Source of the DNA: Lama guanicoe
Lineage: Eukaryota
Length of the DNA stretch: 64,000 nucleotides
Assembly (NCBI GenBank): GCA_013239625.1
Contig: MU053493.1
Coordinates: forward strand, 1,373,793 to 1,437,792
Direction: 5' to 3'
Made by a program: the position numbers and the translations under genes. How positions within the stretch are numbered: the first letter of the stretch is position 1; the number at the start of each line of letters is the position of its first letter. Positions 1 through 11,333 of this stretch are shown in pieces. The notes beneath the pieces are model-generated. The model made no database searches, was not told the DNA's origin, and worked only from the letters and a program-made list of their open reading frames with translations.

Positions 1-110
1 ACAAGCTAGAATATTGTTCCCTTTGCTATACAGTAGAACTTGTCATTTATCTCCTCTGTATATAGTAGTCGGTATCTGCTAATCCCAAGCTCCTAATTTA
101 TCCCTCACCC
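1..110 (-). mobile_element. Cetartiodactyl L1 3' end fragment
   Basis: GTTCCCTTTGCTATACAGTAG..TATATAGTAG..GTATCTGCTAATCCCAAGCTCCTAATTTATCCCTC. Confidence 0.8.
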
Positions 111-947
111 GTTTCTTTAAAAGTGGTCTTGCCGTCAGATGAGATGTAAACCCAGTCATAGCAGTTTTATTATGTGAGCGAAAGGGTTTCTTGCCTTTTA
201 GGATGATCAGGACCCTTTCTGTCTGAATGGAAGCAACAGGATTTTCCTTAAGGTGTATTCACCAGAGGTTGCAACGCCAGCCAGAGGCCGATGGCGGGAG
301 GGCGCAGAGAACGAAGTAAGTGGTGAAACCCAGACTCCAGCTCTAATTTGCCCGTTGCAGGAACTCGCGCCCCCAGCTGCAGGGCCCTTGCGCTGTTCTG
401 CCGTCGCCAGCTGCCCAGAAGCAGCTCCCAGCCTGTGTGCTGGGTGGACATAGACACACAGGTCTTCTTGCTTGCGGGAGGTGGGGTGAGGCAGGGCAGG
501 GTTGGGGTGTGGGTAGCATGGTTGGAGAAGGACAGGAGAGATGCTCAGCTGGTCTGTGGGAGGCGCTGTGGCTTCCCCGCTCTCCTGAGGGCTGCATCAG
601 GCTTCCCCTTCCATTGCTGGCTCAGATGTTCTTCTACACTGGAACGCAGGTGACAGCGCTTCGTTCTTGCAGGACAGGCAGAGAACACCACACGAAAGGC
701 CCATTCGTCCACTGGAGGCTTTGAGAGGTGCTTAAAAGACTGTATGGGATGCTAGTGGGAGCCCTGCCTAGGAAGGAAGAAAGTCTGGCCCCTAAACTAC
801 AGGGACCTTGAGAAAGGCATCTCCCCTGTCCAGGCCTCCGTTTTCTGTAAAATTTCAGTATAATTCGGTAAAATGTGGGACTTGAGGGAAGAGTCTCCTG
901 AGTCCCACCGAGTCACGAAATCCAAATTTAGGAAAACAGGAGTTACT

Positions 948-1075
948 GGGGGAGGGTATAGCTCAATTGGTAGAGTGCATGCTTAGCATGCATGGGGTCC
1001 TAGGTTCAATCCCCAACACCTCCATTAAAAAATAAACAAACATAATTCCTCCCCACCCCACCAAGAAAAAAAATA
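948..1075 (+). mobile_element. Camelid tRNA-derived SINE (Vic-1 type)
   Basis: GGGGAGGGTATAGCTCAATTGGTAGAG (box A) ... GGTTCAATCCC (box B), A-rich tail; TSD AGGAAAACAGGAGT at 930-943 and 1076-1089. Confidence 0.9.
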
Positions 1076-1769
1076 AGGAAAACAGGAGTCATATCAGTTA
1101 TTTTAACAGAGAGAATTCAATCTGGGGACTTGGTTGAACAGGCATCAAAAAATGAAAACTACCAAAAGGGCAAAGCCCAGAGGCCAGGTGGTGACTAGCT
1201 CCAAGCGTAAGGATAGGGACTCAGGGCTGGACGCAGACCCCTGAGGACGTGGGGGTGGCTGGTGTCTCTGATGGTGACACTGTTCTGCAGGACCTTCTGC
1301 GTAGGGAAAAATGTAATCAGAACAAACAGCAGCTGTCAAGTGGAGAGCTGTTGCCAGGACAACACTGACAGGGACTAGAAGCCAAAGGAAAGAACAAGTC
1401 CCGTGAGCACGTGCGCACCTGTAGGAACATGTGCTTGTGTGTACTATGCACGTGTTGCCTGTGTGCGCACACACACATGCATGCCAAACACAGAGGAAAA
1501 TAAGATGTGAACTCTCTGCCAAATCGCAGTGTCTATAACTGGACCGAGGACCATGGTTGATATTCCTAACTTCCTTCTTCCAGAAACACCCTGCTTTCCT
1601 GTGCCCCCAGCCAGAACCTCAGCTTGTCGGGATCCTTCCCCTTCTGATGAAAGAGCCCACACTTTCACTCCTGAAGGGTCTGCAGCATCACAAGCCCTCT
1701 GTTGGATGCTGTGGTTCACTGTTGAATTTGACTTGGGGGCATGGGTGTAATTAAAGGCACCCCAAAGAA

Positions 1770-1987
1770 GGAGAGGATACCGCTCAGTGGTAGAGCGCAT
1801 GCTTACCATGCATGAGGTCCTGGGTTCAATCCCCAGTCCCTCCATTAAAAATAAATTAAAATGAATAAGTAAGTGAATAAGTAAACCTAATTACCTCCTC
1901 CCAAAACAAACAAAAAGAACTACTGCTCCCCAAGACCAAATGTGGAAATAAAATACATTCAGATTTCAAGGAAAATAATTTTTTTAA
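1770..1987 (+). mobile_element. Vic-1-type SINE with ~70 bp 3' extension
   Basis: SINE 1770-~1915; TSD AAAGGCACCCCAAAGA 1753-1768 / AAAGGCACTCTAAAGA 1988-2003. Confidence 0.85.
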
Positions 1988-2977
1988 AAAGGCACTCTAA
2001 AGAGTCCCCAGAATTTCACAGATCACTTCCCCTAGCCATGGAGTGTAGCTCAGGTTTTTCTTTGATAAGTAAAACTCGTCATCCAGGTAAACAGTGTCTC
2101 CCCTCTCTGCATGGATGCAGCGTCGGAGAAGCCACCATGGCCAGGTCTCAGCCTCCTATCCAGTGCCCCCACCACGTGGTCCCTGGTGGAGGCTCTCCCT
2201 CCTCCTCGGGAACTGACCCACAAACCCAAAGAGGAGGGAGGAAGCACCAGTTCTTGGTTATAAGACAAAATGGTGAAAAGAGCCACTCCCAATCCCAGAC
2301 CCTGTGTTCTGGCCACGGGACAGACACCACCATATGGCCATTGCTGAGTCAGTGAACTCCATCTGTAAGACTGGACTCCCACATTTCCAGGGGCTGCCTC
2401 CCTGCAGGCTCCATCACTCAGTCTTCAGCATGTGATTCCCCTGCTCTGTCAGGCCAGCTGCTTCTGGGTCAGTTGGATATGTGGTGGGTGAATAACCTGA
2501 GTGTGATCCCATCGCCGTGAAGCTGAAACTTCACCAGAAGCAACACTGTGTAGGGTCCCATAATGCTGAGCAAGGCATTCTCCGAACCCATGAGTGGTAG
2601 ATTTCGGCAGAAGAGTTGCAGGCAGGGAAGGTGCATCGGAATCCAGAACCCATCTATTCCAGGGAGGTTTTCCCTCCATTGTGGAAAGGGTCCAGTGCAA
2701 ACAGCCAGCCTCATCTGACCGGCCCGTCCTCTCCAGCAAACTAGAAGGAGGCTCCACACTGGTCTCCCCCGTCTGAGGTCACTTAAGCACAGCACAGCCT
2801 TGCGGAGGGGAAACCCGTGTGGTTGCCCTCACCCCAGCCTCCATCCCTGCCACTGGGTCCCTCTGGACACGGGCCCATGGTGCAAACCTCAGGATGGCTG
2901 GTGAGAGGAGGCTGGCGTCACGGAACCTGCCATCTAGTCCACAGAATTCTTACAGTCTCCTCTGTACCAAGGTACTT

Positions 2978-3311
2978 CCTTTTTTTCAATTTTTATTTTT
3001 TAAATTATTTTTTGGAGGGGGTTAGTAATTAAGTTTATTTATTTATTTATTTATTTTAATGGAGGGACTGGGGTTTGAACCCAGGACCTCGTGCATGCTA
3101 GACATGTGCTCTACCATTAAGTTATATACTCTACCCCCTGCACTGGGTTTTTTGTTTGTTTGTTTTTAAGGATTTTTTGGTCGGCTGTGGCTTCATTATT
3201 GTTTTTATTTTTATTTTTTCCCCCTTAATTGAGGTACTGGGGATTGAACCTAGGACCCTGTGCATGCCAAGCACAGGCTCTACCACCTAGCTATAACCCC
3301 CAGCCCCCACA
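2978..3311 (-). mobile_element. Two tandem Vic-1-type SINEs (~3225-3307 and ~2980-3138)
   Basis: Two reverse-strand box A/box B heads; shared flanking repeat CAAGGTACTT 2968-2977 / CAGGGTACTT 3312-3321. Confidence 0.85.
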
Positions 3312-3444
3312 CAGGGTACTTTTAATGAGCATAGACGTCTTCTCTCTGTCACCACACCTCCTTGTCACCAACCTTTGAACCCTGTTCTTTCCAAGTTCCC
3401 AACCATCCCATCCACTATTTGGCCCCATAAATTAGGGTGGACTG

Positions 3445-3660
3445 GGATTTCTCGAAAGTGGCACTAATGACACTTGGGGCCCGATCACTCTTTTTTGCAG
3501 GGGACTGTGTGTGTTCGAAGATTTTCAGCAAAATCCCTGGCTGACCTCTGCCCACTAGCTTCCAGTAGCACCCTACACCTAGATGTGACAATCAGAAATG
3601 TCTCCTGACAATGCCAAACGTCCCCAAGGCAGTGGGGAGAGGGGGAGGCTCGCTGGTGCA
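3445..3660. mobile_element. MER20 (hAT-Charlie) fragment
   Basis: GGCACTAATGACACTTGGGGC...CCCACTAGCTTCCAGTAGCACCC...GTGACAATCAGAAATGTCTCCTGACAATGCCAAACGTCCCC resembles the MER20 consensus. Confidence 0.75.
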
Positions 3661-6600
3661 GGTTAATTCCTCCGGCTGTCTTTCAGGCCGGGAAAGTGAG
3701 AACCATCTGTTCTGCTCAAGCTCTGTCCACCGGCATGACTTCCCTCCCCCGCCGTCTTCCAAGGACGTTTCAGACTGGGGCTGTGATGCCTTCGCGGCCC
3801 GCTCTCAGCTGGAGCCAGCACGTCCTGGAGAACCATCTGAGAGCCGGCTTCCTCCACCATCTGGTCATCACGAACTTTCCAGGAGGTGTGGATTGAGGAA
3901 GAGGAGGCCACAAGCAAGAGTCCGTGTCACAAGATCTGAGCTGCCTGCTTATGCAACTGACATGTGCCTTCCAAGTTTTTCTGCGGCCCAGGATCTCCTG
4001 CACCAGCTCCCTCAGATGACTGATTGCAGCTGCTTCAGCCAGACTTAATGGGAGGGCGGCTCAGATTACATCCGGTCCGTGATGGACTGAGCTCGACTGC
4101 AGTCAGCTGACGGCCTGTCAGCTGTTCGGTTCCCACCAGGACCCAGTAGCAGGCTAGGGGCTGTTTTTTGGAGAGAACAGTTACCTGCAGAAGAGGGCGT
4201 GGCTTTGTTCCAGAAACCCTGCACCGTGGACCACCCACTGGGGCTCTCTGTGGCGCTGCTGTTGGGATGAATGCTTGAGGACCATTGGGTCTGTTAGGAG
4301 ATGAGGTCCGGGGGGGCCCCACTCATAACTGGTAGCCTTACAGGTTCCTTGGTAAAGGCTTTGGGATGGCACACCCAAATGGCTGATAGCTGGCCTTCGA
4401 AATCCAAAAAGTCTCTACAAAGGTCATGCCTCTTTTTTTAGATATAACAAGGTCTTTTTCATTTTGCAGGGCTGTCCCAAAGGCTCCGCAGTCTCCCCCA
4501 CAGCTCTCCCAAGGTGAGGGGCTTCTGAATGTCTGTACTGATCTCCTCCCTCTTTTGTGTCTCACGAAGGCGGGTGCAACCCGCATAAGGATGTTAGTGG
4601 TATGGTCCATTCAGGGTGGCGTTCGGCGGGATCTCGGCCCACTCTGCTACAGCAGAGGGCAGGAAACCAGAAGAACTCCAAGACAAGAGGGAAGACATGC
4701 TGTTGGCACTCCCAGGTACCAAGAAACTGTTCCTGGTGGTCGTTGCAAATGGACAGAGAGACCCAAAGCCACCCATCAACGCTACACGCTTGCCTCCAGT
4801 AATGTTGCTTCGTCCAGAACAGCAGCTGCGAGTGGGGGCACCAGCTGGTTAAGTGCCCCACGACCTACTGCCTCTCCCCAGCACACCCCTGACCTCTGGA
4901 CCAATAGAGTACGTGGGTCAAAGCTCTGTCTATCACCTGATTGCCAGAAGCCCCCACTTTGACTGTGGGGCCATGGTGATACCTTTAAGTCACCAGAAAT
5001 GAATGACAACTCAGAGCCAGTGCCAAGCAGAGTACCCTGAATTACTGAAGTACCCCTGTTCCCCGTGTTTACCTGAGAACAGGCATTTGTCAGAACACAT
5101 CCAGGTCACAGTCACCATGAATGGCAGTGACTCTGCAGCGTGGCTGCCTGAGCCAGGAATTTTGCCTTCACATCGCAAGTGATTTTTAATAGGATTAATT
5201 TTATTGAGGCAGATTTTATGTATAGTCACTCACGCCAACTGCGACAATCATCACTGCAGTTTGCGGACAAAGAAAACATGGTCCAGAGAGAGTAACTGCA
5301 CCTGCCCCAGGTCCCACAGCAAGGAAACAGCAGATGGGATGCAGACGGCTCCACTGGGCGCCGAGATCCGTGCTTGTCCGGGATACGCCTGCAGAGAGAC
5401 GGGGAGCCGGGGGTTTCAGAAAGGCCATGTGTCCCGCAGTTGGTGGGCAAAGAAGACCATCCTCTCTGGCTCTTCACCTCCACCTGTCGATCACACACAT
5501 GCCACACACGCACGGGAAAAGGAAATGGAGTGTGAGCACTGCAGCCCCCACCCCCGCCCCCAGGCAGCCCAGACAGGAAGACAGCAGGGCCCTCCCTGCC
5601 CGGCACTCAGCAGCCCCTGCCCCGCCCATCAGAGCAGGACACTCCTGACATGCACCATTCTGTCTGCACTTTTGCCCAAGGGCCGGCACCCACACCCATT
5701 CAGGCAGGACAGGTGCATGAGAACGGGCCCTGGGGTGGTGGACAAGGCACCCTGGCAGCGGGACAGGGACAGTCCTGCCGTCCTGGGGCCCCATGTATCC
5801 TGGCAGAGCCCTGACATTCATCAGGTCCAAATTTGTCCTCTGAACGTTTGGACTTTCCGATCTGAGGAAAGGCAGCAGCACCGGGGCTGGGATGAGAGCT
5901 CCCTGTGGAAACTGGGAAAGGAGTGTACATACCATGTGTTCTCTGTCTCTGGAAAGCTCGGCAGCCTGGGAGGGGGGCGGGGAGGAGAAGGCAGTGAAGC
6001 CCATGGGACAAGTGAGCATCTCAGAGGACAGCTGAGGTGTGAACAAACCAAGGGTCAGACTGCTTCCTGGCTGTCAGTCCAAGGGTCGTCTTTCATCAGG
6101 GCTCTATTTTCTTTTGGAAAATAGGTGGCCACAATCAGTGACATGAGAGGGAAAGACACCTGATGACCTCCACAGAAGGAAAAATCTTCAGGTGGGTGGT
6201 GCCAGCCAAGCCCCAGCCAGGGGTGATGAACGTAGGAGCTGGCAGCTCTGGCCACTAGCGGAGCAGACAGTGTCCCTCTGGAGGAGGGCTGGACCACAGT
6301 GCACAGCAGGAAGGGCAGAGGGGCTACTGCCTGCGATGGTGGTGTGAGGACCGGCTCGGGGAGCGCTGGACCCGCCCAGGGTGGACACATGCAGGGAACG
6401 GCCAGTGGGCAAGCTTATCTACACCGCAGGCTCCAAGGGATTTTGGATTCACAAGGAAGGGGAAATCTTGGTGCTGGACCCAAGAGGGCTTTGGGTGCAC
6501 AAAGAGAATGTGGGCAATGAGGCTGGTGCCCTGAGGAGCACCACCAGCAGTGATCTGTCACCCCTGGCTGGCAGCTGTCCCTCAAGGCCCCCAGCTGTGT

Positions 6601-6837
6601 CCCCCTTTCCCACTTGGAACCTTCTTCTACAGGCAGACCTTGGAGATGTTGCAGGCTCAGTTCCAGACCACTGCAATAAAACAAAATAAGACAAATATTT
6701 CAATAAAACGGATATCACTGTAAACCATCACACTAATTTTTTTTGGTTTCTCAGTGCATATAAAAGTTAAATTTCCAGTTTACTGTGGTCTATGAAGTGT
6801 GCAGTAGTAGCATTATGTCTTCAAAACACAGTGTATA

Positions 6838-7091
6838 AAGGGGAGGGTATAGCTCAGTGGTAGGATGTGTGTTTAGCATGCATGAGGTCCTGGGTTCAAT
6901 CCCCAGCACCTCCATTAAAAAAAAGAAAAAGAAAAAGAAACTCAAGGGAAAAAAAAGAAACAAGTTGAATATTCAAATCTTGGAAAGAAAGGCAGTCATT
7001 GAAGTTTTAAAAATTACTTTACATATGGGATAAGCTTGATACTGGACAGACTCAAAGAGAAAATGAGTGAATTGAAAGAAAAAGAGAAATA
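6838..7091 (+). mobile_element. Vic-1-type SINE with ~130 bp 3' extension, inserted in Tigger1
   Basis: SINE head 6840-6915, A tail to ~6960; TSD AAAACACAGTGTATA 6823-6837 / AAAACCAGTGTATA 7092-7105. Confidence 0.85.
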
Positions 7092-7343
7092 AAAACCAGT
7101 GTATATACCTTACTTTAAAAATACTTCATTGCTAAGAAATGGTCACCGTCTTCTGAGCCTTCAGCAGTAGCAGCATCAAAGGTCAATGATCACTGCTGTT
7201 AACAAATATACTGAGAACAAAAAAGTTTGAAATAGTGCCAGAAGTACCCAGATGTGACACAGACAGAAAGTGAGCAAATGCTGTTGGAAAAATGGTGCCA
7301 ATAGACTTGCTCGACGTAGGGTGCCAGAAACCTTTAATTTGTT

Positions 7344-7412
7344 AAGGAAGGAAGGAAGGAAGGAAGGAAGGAAGGAAGGAAGGAAGGAAGGAAGGAAGGA
7401 AGGGAGGGAGGG
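7344..7412. repeat. (GGAA)n microsatellite
   Basis: About 14 AAGG units followed by GGGA units. Confidence 0.95.
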
Positions 7413-8110
7413 AAAAGAAAGAAAAGCAATAAAGTGAAGTGTACTCAAAGGGGGTCTGCCTGTCCTGTGATGGGCGTAATGCCTGTCCAGTCACCGTGTC
7501 CACCTGGTGAGATGGGCCAATGGCAGTGTTACTAATGGGATGTCAGAGCTGGGGGAGACCATACATTCTGGGCACTGCTCATACTAACACCAAGGAAACT
7601 GTGTCAAGAGACGTGCCTGGGTGTGTGGATGGTGTCTCCTCCACTTATAAATAAAAGGCTTTGCTGTGTTCACAGGACTTTTGGCTTTGTCTGTAGTTAA
7701 GGTCCATGAAGCTGCATGTTAAGTTATAAACAAAGACCCATATGATGCTAAGAAAAGCAGATAGTAATTTTTTTTCCTTCCACTCAATCTTAGAAGGTTT
7801 TTTAACTGCTTTTTGTTTTCTTTTATTAAGTCAGTAAAGAAAAAAACACTAAGCATCCTGGGAAGTGTAAATTACACTGACACAAACGGGGGGCTAACAC
7901 GTCCTCTGGATCTGGTACTAATTTCAAATCTGTTGATTAATCATTTTAAATTTCAACAGCAGTGAATGTATTGAGTCTGTCCTTCACACACAAGCCAACC
8001 AGAAACTATGTATGATTTTTGTATTTGTCTTCTGGGAAGGAGGGAAGGTTAACAGCCTGCCTCACGGTGGACAGACCCAGCAGGGTGCAGTGGAGCCACA
8101 GTCAGCCCAG

Positions 8111-8127
8111 CACTGCCCCCTGGTGGC
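8111..8127 (-). promoter_or_regulatory. CTCF consensus motif
   Basis: CACTGCCCCCTGGTGGC, reverse complement GCCACCAGGGGGCAGTG, is essentially the CTCF core consensus. Confidence 0.6.
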
Positions 8128-9317
8128 TGGGGCCGCCATGCAGAGCCTGAGGCTTTGGGGAGGCTGTGAAGGGTGGTCCTGCAGGGTCTCCTCTCCTGAG
8201 ATGTCAGGAGACCCAGAAAATCCACAACAGGGTTTTCATCATTCTGTTTCCTCTACACAGGTGAGGGGAGACAAAATGCTCAGCAAATTGTCTTTAGCAA
8301 ACCAATCATTTACTTCTCCTTTCAAATCAAATGTCTTGAACCATTGACTCCGAAGTTCTAGATTTAATCTGAAATGTGTCACTTACTATGGGGCACTCGA
8401 CAGTAACTAAATGAGAAGTTTGGACTTCACACTGCACATTTTTTTTATGATCAAGTAAAATTCAGTCTCTGCCACCAGCAACTGGTTTGGGGAAAATCCA
8501 TCCATTTCTCTGCTGAAAACTAAAAATGAATAATGATAGCAAACACGTCAACCTCAAAAACAAATTTTTATTTAAAAATGATCAAGTCCACTAGTTAAGT
8601 TTTTTGATACCATGTGTTTAAAAAAAAATCCTTTCCCGGTTGCCTCGGGACTGACACCATCAGGAGTATTTCCACCAAAAAGAGATGCCATGGATAGAAT
8701 TACAGACCACTGCTTCCAGAGGAAAAATGCTTTAAAAGTAGTTGTAACGGTCTCAGGGTTAGGGTCCATTTGAATATTTTTTGAAGGCAAGGCTCCACCA
8801 CCACCATCCCCCCCCAAAAAGAAGCTCAGGTCCTTTCCCCCTTGGTGAATGTGGTTATTTCCTGCCATAGGTCCTGGGACGCTGGTGGCCACGCAGCAGG
8901 TGCTTTGTGATCACGGATGAAAAGCCACCAGGCACCCACTCTTGCAGGTGTCCTGAGGCCTCCGGATGCTGAAGGGTGGACAGTGAACACAATGAGTAAA
9001 GAGGGGGCTGTGGGCCCCAGGGTAAAACCTGGCCGTGGAGAGCACTGGGCGATCCCTGATCCCCGCCAAAGCTGTCAGGTAATACTTTCAATGTTCCTTC
9101 GTCTTTGCCTTCTTTTTTTTTTTAAGTTGGTATTTTGTATTCTTTTCTTTCATTGTTTTATTTGTAATGATTCTATTTTACTGCTTTATTTCACTAAAAT
9201 TTTATTACAGTTGGGTGTTTAGCAGTGCTTTGTTTATTTTGTTTCTAGCTGGCGCGTAGTCAGTTAACAATGTTGTGTCAGTTTCGGTGTACCCTTTTGC
9301 CATCTTGTAGAGGCAAC

Positions 9318-9545
9318 TGCTATAGATGAAATGTTTGTGTCCCCCTCAAAACTCACGGGTTGAAGTCCCTACTCCTCCATACGATGGTGTTTGGAGGGGA
9401 TATCTCTGGGAGGTGATTAGTTCATGAGGTGGGGAGCCCCCCGCCCACGTCATGTGAGGGCACAGCAGGAAGACGGCTGTCTGCAAACCTGGAAGCAAGT
9501 CCTCACCAGGAACCAGACTGGCTGGCACTTTGTCACCAGAGGCAG
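9318..9545 (+). mobile_element. MLT1 (ERVL-MaLR) LTR fragment
   Basis: TGCTATAG..AATGTTTGTGTCCCCCTCAAAACTCA..GTTGAAGTCCCTA..GGAGGTGATTAGTTCATGAGG..CAGCAGGAAGACGGCTGTCTGCAAACC. Confidence 0.75.
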
Positions 9546-9929
9546 GGCACTGGAACCCCTTCCTAAACCCAGACCACACTCTGGCCTTTGAGCTCCTGCC
9601 AGGGGCGGGGGGGCCATGTGGTCTGGCTCCCCACTCCCTACTACCCGGCCTGGACCACAGAGAGCGTGAAGGAGCCAGGGGCTGGTTCAGGGGCAGAAGG
9701 AGCACCTGGAGCATCTGGGGTAGACCCCTTTCAAGAAGACTGGAGGCTGAGGGAAGGAGGGGATGGGAGGGCACCCTGAGCAGAATGAAGACCAGCAAGG
9801 CTGAGAGGACTGGCGCTCAGGAGAAGACCCGTCAGTAGGGCAGGACAGAGGGTGTGTGGAGCCGCACAGCCTTCCCCAGGCAGCTGCTTCATGGGGGGAA
9901 AAGGGAGCCTCAGACAGAAGGGGCTAGGT

Positions 9930-10272
9930 AAGTTTGCCAGATTTAGAAAGTAAAAAAGTGAAATGCGAGATACCCAGTTAAATTTGAGTTTCTTTCATTT
10001 TCATAAGTTAATTTATTTTATTTTTGGGATATTTTGGGGGGGGGAGAGGAATTAGGTTCATTTATTTTTAATGGAGGTACTGGGGATTGAACCCAGGCCC
10101 TCGTGCATGCTAAGCACACACTGTACCACTGAGCTATACTCTCCCACCCTGAATTTAAATTTCTGATAAACAACGAAAACAATTCTTAGGCTAAGTATGT
10201 TCCATGCGATATTTGGGACACAGACTTACACTAAAAGAAAATTTCCCATTGACTTTCCACTCAAATTCAACT
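9930..10272. mobile_element. MER53 (hAT) interrupted by a reverse Vic-1-type SINE (~9995-10150)
   Basis: TTGCCAGATTTAG...CCCAGTTAAATTTGA [SINE] ...TGATAAACAACGA...AAGTATGTTCCATGCGATATTTGGGACA. Confidence 0.75.
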
Positions 10273-10299
10273 GTTGTAGGAGTCCATTCAGGCAGCTGG

Positions 10300-10625
10300 A
10301 ACACACCACCACCAGTCTGGGCAGCTTATAAACAACAGACAGTTCTTTCTCACGGTTCTGGATTCTGGGAAATCCCAGCATCAAGGCGCTGGCAGATGGG
10401 GTGTGTGGTAAGAGCCCACATCCTGAGTCACCGTGTCCTCACGTGGCAGAAGGGGCCAACTAGCCCTCTGGGTCTCTTATAAGGACATGAGTCACATCGA
10501 TGAAGACCCCACCCTCATGACCTGATCCCCTCCCGAGGCCCCACCTCCTAGAATCATCACCTCAGGGAAGAGGATTTACCATAAGAATCAGGGGTGGGGG
10601 AGGGGTGTCACATTTAGTATGTAGC
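10300..10625 (-). mobile_element. MLT1 (MaLR) LTR fragment
   Basis: GCTTATAAACAACAGACA..TTTCTCACGGTTCTGG..CCCACCCTCATGACCTGATC..GGCCCCACCTCCTA..ATCATCAC. Confidence 0.7.
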
Positions 10626-11284
10626 TTGTGGGGATCCTAAATGCTCTCTGACAACCCCCCCCCCTCCCCGGGCCTAGTGACTCCTGAGGGACAGCTGTTC
10701 CCTTTAACCATCCAGGCCCAGAGGTAGGAGAAGGGCCCTCCCCACTTATGTAGACCTTAAACCATTAGGAAAACTCCATCCCCAGAATTCATGACCCAGT
10801 TCTGACCCTCCGTGAGGCACAGGGGCAGAGAAGCAAATCTGGGAGACAGGGATGGACAGCCAGGAACACGGTCACCCGTCACCCAGAGGGCTTGGTGGGG
10901 CGGGGAAAACGGGAGGCTGGGTGCCCCACAGCTCCCCCTTCAGAGGGACCACCAACTGCTCAGACCGCCCCAGCCCTGGAACTGCGGCTGCTCCCCTCGG
11001 CCAGGGGATTCATTTGCTCAGGTCTGTGCCGTGGGCCTCTGGTCGGAGCAGAACAGCCAGGTCTGAGGAAGGGCTCTGGGACCCTCTGCAGTGGGGGCGG
11101 CAGGTGGGGAAGGCGCTGCCCTCCCCACTCCCAGGAGGGCGGGGGGCACAAGGCCCCTGAGGGGAAATGCTCCCTGGTCTGGGGCCTGGCGGGGTGGCCA
11201 CAAGCCTGGCTCTGATGCAGCCGCCTCGGAAGGAAGAGGAAGCCAAGTGTGCAGGAAGGCCTTGGCTGAGAGGGAGAGCAAGAG

Positions 11285-11288
<4 letters not shown>

Positions 11289-11330
<42 letters not shown>
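11289..11330. repeat. (TG)21 microsatellite
   Basis: Perfect TG run with degenerate continuation to ~11368. Confidence 0.95.

Positions 11331-11333
<3 letters not shown>

Larger units (their letters stand above)
6630..7462 (-). mobile_element. Internally deleted Tigger1 derivative (TcMar) with nested SINE and (GGAA)n
   Basis: TIR ends CAGGCAGACC (6630-6639) / GGTCTGCCTG (7453-7462), TA at 6628-6629. Both arms resemble Tigger1 termini (TTCCAGACCACTGCAATAAA; AAATGCTGTTGGAAAAATGGTGCCAATAGACTTGCTCGAC). Confidence 0.85.

Noticed and set aside
248..4514. Possible exons at 248-433 (-), 2449-2790 (-) and 4470-4513 (+, TTTTGCAG|...AAG|GTGAGG)
   Set aside because: Splice-like signals exist, but the translations match nothing I recognise and no consistent multi-exon frame can be built; lncRNA exons cannot be excluded.
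5204..6124. 306-aa ORF (and similar long ORFs at 11010-11843, 18882-19667, 21954-22616, 54930-55745)
   Set aside because: No recognisable domain, mostly non-ATG starts, overlapping ORFs in several frames and low-complexity content; expected by chance in GC-rich DNA.
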